Both the position numbers and the translations under genes were made by a program. A stretch of DNA of 64,000 nucleotides from Eledone cirrhosa (Eukaryota), in NCBI GenBank assembly GCA_964016885.1, contig OZ024756.1, positions 4,960,001-5,024,000 on the forward strand. The letters are read 5' to 3'. Shown in pieces: positions 50,486-64,000 of the stretch. Positions within the stretch are counted from its first letter, which is position 1. Each line of letters opens with the position of its first letter. The notes beneath the pieces were generated by a model that saw only the letters and a list, made by a program, of their open reading frames with translations, searched no databases and had not been told where the DNA came from.

Positions 50486-51631
50486 ATAGAGGGACAGACA
50501 GACACATAAAATAAATATATACATGAATACACAACCTTTCCCTTATCTACACAACTAAAACTATACACTCACTCACCACCAACTCACCACCCAGTTATCC
50601 ACAACTATAAACGTTCATACATTTATATAGACAAGCAAAAACATGCTAGGATACGAGAGAACTGTTTTGACTTATTTCTGTCTCTTTTCATTTGTAATTT
50701 ATATATGACCATCTTCCATGTATTTCTCCTTTACAAACAGATAACATTTATTATCGTCTTCATTACGTCTTCGTTTTATTGTTATTCTTTATATGTTTGA
50801 CTACGAAAAGTTGTCTGCATATAGGATTTCTCTAATGGAAATGATGCAAGCAGACGACATTTGCGCGGTGAGTATCGTAATAAAAACCCCCCGAAAATAC
50901 TCTTCCGACTAAAGTTAGATAAGAATGACGCTAGATGGTTGGTGATAACATCAGATTAAATTAGTTTAATGAATGTTGAAAGAAGTTGTTACAGAAAAGT
51001 AACTATTTTGAGGTAGCAGCCGACAATTTGATGATGAATTACAATTAAGAATCTCAGGAAATCATAAAAGATAACAGTTCGTTGTGCTGTAGATGTCGAC
51101 TAAATAAAGAGAAAAGTTGTTAAACTAAGGTAACTACAATTCCTAATGTTTGTTAGGACCAATGTATGGTTGATAGAGATAATGAGGTGGTAGAATGGAG
51201 AAGATCAACATTGGAACTGTAATGACAACCATGATGACAATTTTAGAATTCACACACATACATATATACATATCGTAATCGGAGGCTTCATACTCCTCCC
51301 AACCACTCTCTCGCCCACACCGCCAGATATCCGCACCCACTCACTCATACACGCATGTATGTACCTACTTATATTATCTCTAAATACAACCAACCACATA
51401 TGTTACAATTATGTACAACTCAACTAATTAAAATAATGTTCATTATTAGGGATTTATTGATTGGCTTGTTGGTTGTTTAGCCCCGAGTGTAGCCCGGAGT
51501 ACGTTATCTAATATGTCCTTCTTAGAATAAAGATATTAGGGTGTGGCTATATTAGGGTGGTAGCTATTTCTAATAAGTCAAGTGACCATGTAAAGACTTC
51601 TTTGTTGACTGGTATTTTCAAGCTATAAAAA

Positions 51632-51792
51632 TTGTTTCTAACTTTGGCAAAAGACCAGCAATTTGAAGGAAGGGGAAAATCGATTATATTAACCCCAATA
51701 TTTAACTGATACCTTTTATCGATCCCGGAAGGACGAGAGTCAGACTTGGCCTCGATGGGACATGAACCCAGAATGTAAATAGCCGGAAAAAT
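51632..51792 (-). mobile_element. Degenerate SINE copy
   Basis: TTTTATCGATCCCGGAAGGA..CCTCGATGGGACATGAACCCAGAATGTAAA is the reverse complement of the SINE core. Confidence 0.65.
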
Positions 51793-52118
51793 ATAGCTGC
51801 TCCTTTGTTCGATACTGAAGAGAATTTTACTCAGAAAAATACAGAATCGAACTAAAGAATGTCAGTTTTAAAACATGGCGTCTTAACGACTGCAGCAAGT
51901 CCACAATCTCATTGTTAGATATAAGGATCTTTAATATGTAAAGTTTATATGGTCATCTATTTTCGAAGAGAGGATAATCATGTGTGTGTATGGTCCCGTA
52001 ACTCCCGATAGTCATAGGGGGTCCCGTATTGACCCACAGCGTTTCTTGGACATTTGTTTGAAGCCTGACGGCACCCACTTTTCTCCGAACAGGTATACAG
52101 CAGATTTCTCTCAGAGAA

Positions 52119-52156
<38 letters not shown>

Positions 52157-52196
52157 TGGAAATTATAAATATATATTATATATATCGCTGAAATTA

Positions 52197-52229
<33 letters not shown>

Positions 52230-52234
<5 letters not shown>

Positions 52235-52788
52235 TAATTTCAGCGAGATCGAATTTCGGCAGTGGTCAAAAACAAAGCGAAACGCAATTTTCGAGATATG
52301 CGGTAAGCGCTCAATAGACTAAAAGAAGACCGGAGCAATAAACATACGTCATAGAGGCCGAACAAACTGGAAACGGCGGTCAAGAGGCCATCAGCCACCG
52401 AAGCCAAAAAACACGAAGCAAGCTAAATAGGTCAAACGAAAGAATTTACCTGGACCCCCTGGAATTGATGGTATAATCCACTGAAGGATTTCTGCGACAT
52501 CTAAATCAATTATACTGACTGCTTACATATTAAGCTTTGGTATAATGATCGAACAAGGCTGCCACTTCGTCAACAGGTATTTTGTTGTCAGCCAGCGAGC
52601 GGGATCCCAACAGTAGTAATGTGTTGTATTGATTACCCCCACGTGTATTACCCTGCCGGGTGGTAACCCCACTTTTTGGCGGATGAATTCAGTATGTGTA
52701 AAATTTTTGCAAGAATTGCAAAAAATGTACAAACCGAATTAAGCTCTCGACCGGATTGTTTTAAAAATAAATTTAAGCAATTAATCAG

Positions 52789-52790
<2 letters not shown>
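52230..52790 (-). repeat. Unclassified TA-embedded element, homologous to 22952-23262
   Basis: Shared sequence blocks with 22952-23262. (TA)n lies on both sides, and a short inverted copy of its end sits at 52185-52204. Confidence 0.6.
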
Positions 52791-52866
<76 letters not shown>

Positions 52867-52984
52867 GTATGGATTCACCGAACATTTATTATAATGCTCG
52901 GTGTGCTTGTAAACAAACATCCCGAATTAAGCCTTACAGTGTCTAGCAACCATTGTTGCTCATTTGTTCAACACTGACAAAGGA

Positions 52985-53027
52985 ACGTTGTACGAGTTTC
53001 AAGCTTATTAGCTATCGTCAGCAACGT
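52985..53027 (-). ncRNA. 43-nt minimal hammerhead ribozyme (family 8) within TA-flanked insert 52863-53120
   Basis: ACGTTG-CTGACGA-TAGC TAATAA GCTT-GAAA-CTCG-TA|CAACGT. Perfect 6-bp stem I. Confidence 0.8.
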
Positions 53028-53128
53028 ATACCTTCCTGCCAGATGATTGAACGTCTGAAAGTATATACTTTCCTTATGAATAGAGTGGGAAATGAAATTT
53101 CGTTTCATTTTTTCCGTTTATATATACA

Positions 53129-53200
<72 letters not shown>

Positions 53201-53201
<1 letters not shown>

Positions 53202-53338
53202 CGAAGGAAATGTGGTAAGGAACCAGTTGGACCATAACGCACCAAAGTACTCAATACTTAGGGTTGTAGAGTGGGTAATAGGAACGAGTAGGACCCCGAC
53301 GGCTGAGCTCAAGCCGTTTCGACGGCTAATTCTGGACT
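53201..53338 (-). mobile_element. HHR family 2 single arm in (TA)n
   Basis: Homolog of 19030-19166 and 34375-34502, reading GAAA-CGGCT..AGCCG-TC. Confidence 0.8.
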
Positions 53339-53363
53339 ATATATATTATTATATACATGAATA

Positions 53364-53459
<96 letters not shown>

Positions 53460-53511
53460 AGAGAGAGAGAGAGAGAGAGAGAGAATGGAAATGAGAAAAA
53501 GATAGAGAGGA

Positions 53512-55020
53512 AGAATCGATCTCAGTACTAGACTGATAATGTTTCTATCGACCTTGAATGGTTGAAAGGCAAAGTTAACCTCGGTGGGATTTGAACTCAG
53601 AGAGCCGGAACGAATACAGCAAAGAGTTTCATTCGACGTTCTAATGACTTTGCTAATTCACCGTCTGATAATCCCATGTAAGGTGAGGTAAATAGACAGG
53701 CTTATTGGATAGAATGGCGTACGGTACATGTTACCTCTCGGTGCTCCGCTTTCAAATCCAAACGGTGTCAAATTTGCTTTTCATCCTCCCAAAACTTATA
53801 AATTAAGTACCAGTCATATACTGAGGTTACTCCTATTTCTTTCTTTCTCTCTTTCGTTGTGCTGCGAGAAGGGTCGCTTGAGACTGTTTATAGAGTCCCT
53901 TTCTACAAAAGTGAAGGATTAAACAGCTATCAATATTTTCTCATAAAAAAAGAGAAAATAAAACTGACGTGATACTGGAATTGTCAACAACATATAACGG
54001 ACATCAATATAATCGATTGTAATGATCCCAATACTGAGCTAGTTATTGAATTTTATCTCCCCAGGAGGGATAAAAGATAAATTGTCCAGGGTGAGATTTG
54101 AACTCCAGACGAAAGCAACGTAACTAAATAACACGAACACAATTTATGTTACTCAACGGAGTCTACCAATCAATCATACTTAATCCTCTCTGAAGTATCT
54201 TTCTCTCTTATCCAGTAACTCCTGATGGAGTCGTAAAGAAGCTGTAGTGACATACGGCATTTCTTGGGCATTTAAAAACCTTGCTGGAGCCCCTTCTTTT
54301 CAGGTTTGAAGGCAGCAGATTTCTTCCAGAGAAGGGCATAAAGTGAAAGTTAGAGATTGGAAGTGATAAAGAAATATAGAGAACGGATCGATCTCAGTAC
54401 TAGACTGTTACTTTTTTTATCGACCTCGAAAGGATGAAAGCTAAAGTCGGGCTTGGTGGGATTTGAACTCAGAGAGCGGTGAGATGGAACGTAATCCACA
54501 AAGCGTCTTATCTGACGTTCTAACAACTATGCAATAGGCTATAATCTAGATTATTGATTCCAAACAAACAATAATTGTTTCTACTTTTGGCAATTATCCC
54601 AGTGTATTACTGGTACTGTATTTTATCGACCCCGTAAGGATGAAAGTCAAAGTTAACCTCGGCGGGATTTGAACTCAGACGATAAAGGGCCGTAACTCTA
54701 TGCTGCAAAGCATGGCTTCTAACCCTCTACCGATACTGCCAATCTACCGCCATATTCCAAACAAACAATAATTGTTTCTACTTTAGGCACAAGGCCAGCA
54801 ATTACCCAGTGCATTACTGGTACAAACAAACAATAATTGTTTCTACTTTAGGCACAAGGCCAGCAATTACTCAGTGCATTACTGGTACTTTATTTTATCG
54901 ACCCCGTAAGGATGAAAGGCAAAGTCAACCTCGGCAGGATTTGAACTCAGATCGTAAAGGGACGTAACTATGCTGGAAAGCATGGCATCCGACCCTCTAC
55001 CGATACTGCCAATCCACCAA
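53512..55020. mobile_element. Cluster of six SINE copies: about 53512-53665 (-), 53710-53820 (+), 54010-54170 (-), 54385-54530 (-), 54575-54752 (-), 54835-55018 (-)
   Basis: Repeated TTTTATCGACCCCG(T/A)AAGGATGAAAGGCAAAGTCAACCTCGG..GATTTGAACTCAG. Confidence 0.8.
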
Positions 55021-55146
55021 CAATAATGGCTTGCTTACAGTAATGCAAACGGCCAACATTTTGAACATTTAATGTCACTATATCAACATACATGAATTGT
55101 CTATGTATTACTTCTGGAAGAACGAAGTTTGATATGACCACGGTTC

Positions 55147-55185
<39 letters not shown>

Positions 55186-55186
<1 letters not shown>

Positions 55187-55290
55187 CAGAAACAGAGAAT
55201 CAGTGCTGCGACGAATGGCATTTATTGGACATATTACAATCGTTTCTCTGGCGACCAGCTCGAGGCATGATCGAACCTGACTCTGAAAAT

Positions 55291-55292
<2 letters not shown>
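55186..55292 (-). mobile_element. HHR family 5 truncated arm in (TA)n
   Basis: Homologous to 20587-20705. Minus reads ..CGCCAGA-GAAA-CGATTG-TA|ATATGTCC. Confidence 0.7.
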
Positions 55293-59077
<3,785 letters not shown>

Positions 59078-59740
59078 CAGTATTTTCCGTTGTGTTGTAA
59101 TATAAATATTACACACAGTAGATTATCAGCTCACGTAGAGTTTGCTCGACGGTTCCAGTTGTAGTTCCAAAAGTAATCCGGAGAAAAATAGAAAGATTTG
59201 AATGGATACAGTTTAGTTGAAAGGAATTTATTGACACGTGTTTCTATAACAGTTACATAACCTAAAACAGCTATCTACAAACTTTTAGTTATGCAGACAT
59301 TCAATATTTCAATGTTATTATTTACTGTCATTTCATCAGAATAATATTACTGAGGACCTATTTAGTTTTTATAGAGAATATTAGGAGGGAGGGGTGAAGT
59401 TGTTAGAAGAATAGTTGAAGGAGTGGTTTTTCGATAGCAGTGAGAATTCTTGGTGGCAGTGAGTAATTAGATTCCCATCTGTTGTTTTGACATTTTTTAT
59501 AGAATATATTATTGGTTATTTTTCTAAATCTATAGAAGGATTAGAGATAGTGAAGATATGCGTGGTTGGTTTTGTGTTTGCACTTAATTAACATTCAGGC
59601 TTAAATTTTTCTTTCAAGTGTACGTATCCTTTCACCCACGCATTCACACACAAATATATTTGCACACCTCTACAAAATACATATACACACAATTCACATA
59701 TTCATACTTACATATATATACACATGCATACACATATATA

Positions 59741-61096
59741 TACGATTCGGCGGAAATAACTGATATTGTGGGGTTATTTATCGCCTTTAGACTCCAGGAA
59801 AAATTCAGCAATCTCCACGGCGGAATATACCGCGACGATGTTCTCCTCCTAGCTAAAAACCTTAATAACCAAAAACTAGAAAAACTACGCAAAGATATAA
59901 GAAAACTACTACTCGAAATAGGACTAACTATAACATATGAATACAACCTTAAAGTAGTTAACTTCCTGGATGTCACACTCAATTTAAACTCTGGTTTGAT
60001 TAAACCGTTTCATAAATTGAATGAAAATCTCAAATACGTAAATGTTGGGTCTAACCACCCCATCTCTATAATTAAATCTATCCCTAAAAATATTTCCCTT
60101 AGAATCTCGGGTCTATCTTCTAACATACAAGTATTTAAGGAACACGCCGAGTACTACGATAACGCCCTTAGTAAAGCAGGCTACCTCAACAAAATAGAGT
60201 ACATAGATGGGAACAATCAAAACACCCAAAATAAATCCCACATAGGTAGATATAATAACACAACACCAAACCACACTTACTACCATAGTATGCACACCAG
60301 TAAACCAACAAACAAAACTAATAGAAAGCGATGCAAAGAGTACTTATGGTATAACCCCGAATACAATAGCTCCATTAGTACAAATTTACCAGTACTCTTC
60401 TTTAAAATAATTAAAAGACATTTTCCCACATCACACAAATACCACAAAATCCTAAACCCTACCACTATAAGACTGTCATACTCTACAGCGTTAAACCTTG
60501 AACAACACATAAAAAAGATCAATACTAGAAGGTTAAACGAAAACACTAAGAACTTAAGTACAAAGAACACAAAAAAAACAGTAGACAATACACTACAGAA
60601 CATAAATAAACCACACCTAAGTTCGTCCGCAATACTACTCCAGAGAAAACCCAACGTACACAACTGTAACTGCACCTATCCTGACAACTGCCCCCTCGGC
60701 AATAACTGCCTGGAAAAAAATATTATTTATAAGTGTACCATTAAATCCGGAGGCAACGAGTGGTATTACGTGGGATCAACGGCAACATCGTTTAAATCTC
60801 GATTGTATAGGCATTCTTACTCAATAAAACACCAGAGCCAAAGAAATGTAACAACTCTAGCAGAAAAAGCTTGGACGCTCAGGGATAGCGATCAAAAGTT
60901 TACCCTAAAATGGGAAAAATTAGCTAAAACCCAAAGCTTTTCCAGGAGCCAAAATTTCTGCAAATTGTGTAATCTTGAGATTTATTACATAATCACACAC
61001 AAGAAGAAACTGCTGAATAACAGAATTGAACGAACATTATTCTGCCGTCACAGAACTAAAACCCTTTTTTCCCACTACAAGCCGAATATTACATAA
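59741..61096 (+). CDS. Penelope-like RT C-terminal half, thumb, Cys linker and GIY-YIG endonuclease (5'-truncated, no internal stops)
   Basis: YDSAEITDIVGL, catalytic GIYRDD (59828-59839 for YRDD), VNFLDVTLNL, SNHP, WYNPEY, CNCTYPDNCPLGNNC, IIYKC..YYVGST..FKSR...H, CKLCNLE, LNNRIE..CRH. The first 41 codons of the track ORF are non-coding inverted arm. Confidence 0.9.
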   Translation, partial: YDSAEITDIVGLFIAFRLQEKFSNLHGGIYRDDVLLLAKNLNNQKLEKLRKDIRKLLLEIGLTITYEYNLKVVNFLDVTLNLNSGLIKPFHKLNENLKYVNVGSNHPISIIKSIPKNISLRISGLSSNIQVFKEHAEYYDNALSKAGYLNKIEYIDGNNQNTQNKSHIGRYNNTTPNHTYYHSMHTSKPTNKTNRKRCKEYLWYNPEYNSSISTNLPVLFFKIIKRHFPTSHKYHKILNPTTIRLSYSTALNLEQHIKKINTRRLNENTKNLSTKNTKKTVDNTLQNINKPHLSSSAILLQRKPNVHNCNCTYPDNCPLGNNCLEKNIIYKCTIKSGGNEWYYVGSTATSFKSRLYRHSYSIKHQSQRNVTTLAEKAWTLRDSDQKFTLKWEKLAKTQSFSRSQNFCKLCNLEIYYIITHKKKLLNNRIERTLFCRHRTKTLFSHYKPNIT

Positions 61097-61420
61097 AAGA
61101 GGGACATCCCCCAACTATATAAACCTTAATCTAGTTAGAAAAATATAAAAACAATCTCTTCTCAACATATATTAATAACCTTAAATTACCATACTAATAA
61201 TGAAAAGATATGCTGATGAGAATAGGTACAAATATGCGATAATGAATGTGTCTAAAAACGTCCATAAGTATGTATATATATGTGAAAATGTATATAAATA
61301 AGTAAATATATATATATGTTTGATGTGTATAGTTAGATGTAAGTGTATTCATGTATTAAAGTGCTTATATATATATATATATATGTATATGTGTGTATAT
61401 GTATGTTTGTGTATGTATGC

Positions 61421-61462
<42 letters not shown>

Positions 61463-62046
61463 GTATATATGTATGTATATATGTGTATGTATATATGTGT
61501 ATATGGATGTGTATGTATGTGTATGTGTGTACACATGGACTAGAGGATGTATGTATATATGTGTGTGTCTATACGTGTGTATATAAAGATAAGTTGAGTA
61601 TGAAAATGTATACACATGAGCGCGTATGTATGTACATGAATACATGTGTGTATATATATGTGTATGCATGTGTATATATATGTAAGTATGAATATGTGAA
61701 TTGTGTGTATATGTATTTTGTAGAGGTGTGCAAATATATTTGTGTGTGAATGCGTGGGTGAAAGGATACGTACACTTGAAAGAAAAATTTAAGCCTGAAT
61801 GTTAATTAAGTGCAAACACAAAACCAACCACGCATATCTTCACTATCTCTAATCCTTCTATAGATTTAGAAAAATAACCAATAATATATTCTATAAAAAA
61901 TGTCAAAACAACAGATGGCAATCTAATTACTCACTGCCACCAAGAATTCTCACTGCTATCGAAAAACCACTCCTTCAACTATTCTTCTAACAACTTCACC
62001 CCTCCCTCCTAATATTCTCTATAAAAACTAAATAGGTCCTCAGTAA

Positions 62047-62095
62047 TATTATTCTGATGAAATGACAGTAAATAATAACATTGAAATATTGAATG
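62047..62095 (+). ncRNA. Hammerhead-like motif in the PLE 3' arm (twin at about 59298-59346, minus)
   Basis: TATT-CTGATGA-AATG..CATT-GAAA-TATTG-AATG. Core and stem II are present with palindrome AATATT, but the cleavage site and stem I register are ambiguous. Confidence 0.5.
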
Positions 62096-62205
62096 TCTGC
62101 ATAACTAAAAGTTTGTAGATAGCTGTTTTAGGTTATGTAACTGTTATAGAAACACGTGTCAATAAATTCCTTTCAACTAAACTGTATCCATTCAAATCTT
62201 TCTAT

Positions 62206-62242
62206 ATTTTATATATATATATATATATTTTATATATATATA

Positions 62243-62326
<84 letters not shown>

Positions 62327-62515
62327 ATATATGTATATATATATTTTATATATGTATATATATATATATTTTATATATGTATATATATATATATTTTATA
62401 TATGTATATATATATTTTATATATATATATATATATTTTATATATATATATATATATTTTATATATATATATATATATTTTATATATATATATATATATT
62501 TTATATATATATATA

Positions 62516-62582
<67 letters not shown>

Positions 62583-62880
62583 ATATATATATTGTAGACA
62601 TGTATATATATATATTTTATATATATATATATATATATATTGTATATGTATATGCATATATATATATACGCATATATATTGTAGACATGTATATATATAT
62701 ATATATATATATATAGTGAGTATATATATATATTGTGTGTATTTATATTGTGTGTATATATTATATATATTGTGTATATATATATGCACACATATATTAT
62801 ACATATTGTATATATATATATATATATATATATAATATGCATATGCATAGATGTATGTCGGTTTCGTACTTGGTTTGTGA

Positions 62881-62933
<53 letters not shown>

Positions 62934-63000
62934 GGAGGTGAGTTTTATTGTAGCACAATAAAGCAATGCAGATATGTGTGTATATATATATATACACACA
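62206..63000. repeat. Compound (TA)n field, continuation of 57440-59077
   Basis: Same TTTT(AT)n and TTGTAGACATG punctuation as on the left of the PLE. Confidence 0.9.
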
Positions 63001-63199
63001 CGACACATATGTAGTAGTCTAACGTTTCTCGTCGGCAACGAGATCTCGCACATCCTCACGTAATGGACGTCATCGCTAGAAGTATCATAACGGAATCTTA
63101 ACATACAATAAAACAAGCTAAGCAGTCTATAAAGACACTTTATTACCAACACACCTGTAAACTACGGACAGGTAACTTGTGAAACAGCGATGTGGAACA

Positions 63200-63905
63200 C
63201 TGCTGGGTGAGTGTAGGGGGTTGTGTGGTTGTAGGGGTGAGTGTGGTGGTAGGGTCAGTGTGGTTGCTGTGTCGGTTTGTAGGCGTGAGTGTTGTTGCTG
63301 AGTGTGTTTGTAGGGAGAGTGTGGTTACTGAGTGGGTTTGTAGGCGTGAGTGTGGTTGCTGATTGTGTTTGTAGGTAGAGTGTGGTTGCTGTGTCGGTTT
63401 GTAGGCGTGAGTGTTGTTGCTGAGTGTGTTTGTGGGGAGAGTGTGGTTACTGAATGGGTTTGTAGGCGTGAGTGTGGTTGCTGAGTGGGTTTGTAGGGCG
63501 AGTGTGGTTGCTGAGTGTTTGTAGGGGGGATTGTAGTTGTAGTGGGGAGTGTGGTTGCTGAGTGTGTTTGTAGGCGGGAGTTGGTTGTTGAGTGTGTTTG
63601 TAGGGTGAGTGTGGTGGTTGAGTGGGTTTGTAGGCGTGAGTGTGGTTGTTGAGGGTTTGTAGGGGGGGGGGGAGTTGCTGAGTGGGTTTCTAGGGGCGAG
63701 TGTGGTTGTAGTGGCGAGTGTGGTTGCTGAGTGGGTTTGTAGGGGGTATTGTGGTTGTATGCGTGAGTGCGTTCGCATTTGCGACTGTGGTAGTATGCGT
63801 GTGTTCGTATTTGCGTGTGTGGTTGTAGGTGCGAGTGTGTTCGTATCTGCGAGTGTGGTTGCTGGGTGTGCTCGTAGATACGAGTGTGATTGCTGAGTGT
63901 GTTTA
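63200..63905. repeat. Degenerate GT-rich minisatellite of about 31 bp
   Basis: Unit close to GTAGGCGTGAGTGTGGTTGCTGAGTGGGTTT. Confidence 0.85.
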
Positions 63906-64000
63906 CAGGTGCGTACGTAGAAATGTTTTCCTAGCCAACACAACAATGCAAGGGTATATCTTAATTTCTACAATTCATTGGTGTAGCTCAAATCATCCGC

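Larger units (their letters stand above)
59078..62205 (+). mobile_element. 5'-truncated Penelope-like element with inverted 3' arm, inserted in (TA)n
   Basis: RT plus GIY-YIG ORF. Near-identical 556-bp inverted arms at 59188-59743 and 61650-62205, with an extra tail at 59078-59187 on the left arm. Confidence 0.92.

Noticed and set aside
59618-59740. N-terminus of the 492-aa ORF as a real start
   Set aside because: It lies in the inverted non-coding arm. RT homology begins at about 59741.

Overview
This is a repeat-saturated, AT-rich eukaryotic window. The SINE, microsatellite and LINE content looks like a mollusc, probably octopus (inference). No intact host gene is recognisable, and almost all ORFs in the track are microsatellite artefacts. 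Contents: an 18-kb 49-bp satellite, several minisatellites, about 10 tRNA-derived SINE copies, decayed RTE, Tx1 and R4/Dong-like LINE ends, a decayed mariner whose catalytic-motif codons were amplified into a 51-bp minisatellite, and a 5'-truncated Penelope-like element (RT plus C-terminal GIY-YIG) with a 556-bp inverted arm. The main hidden signal is a population of short elements from about 8 unrelated sequence families, each sitting inside (TA)n. Most are head-to-head inverted duplications carrying type I hammerhead ribozyme (HHR) motifs. By eye I fold 12 with intact cores, plus degenerate and half copies; two families show compensatory base changes in stem I. They share one architecture and a short motif near the 3' end, consistent with a (TA)n-targeted Penelope-like/retrozyme system. 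All folds and alignments were done by eye, so boundaries are approximate.
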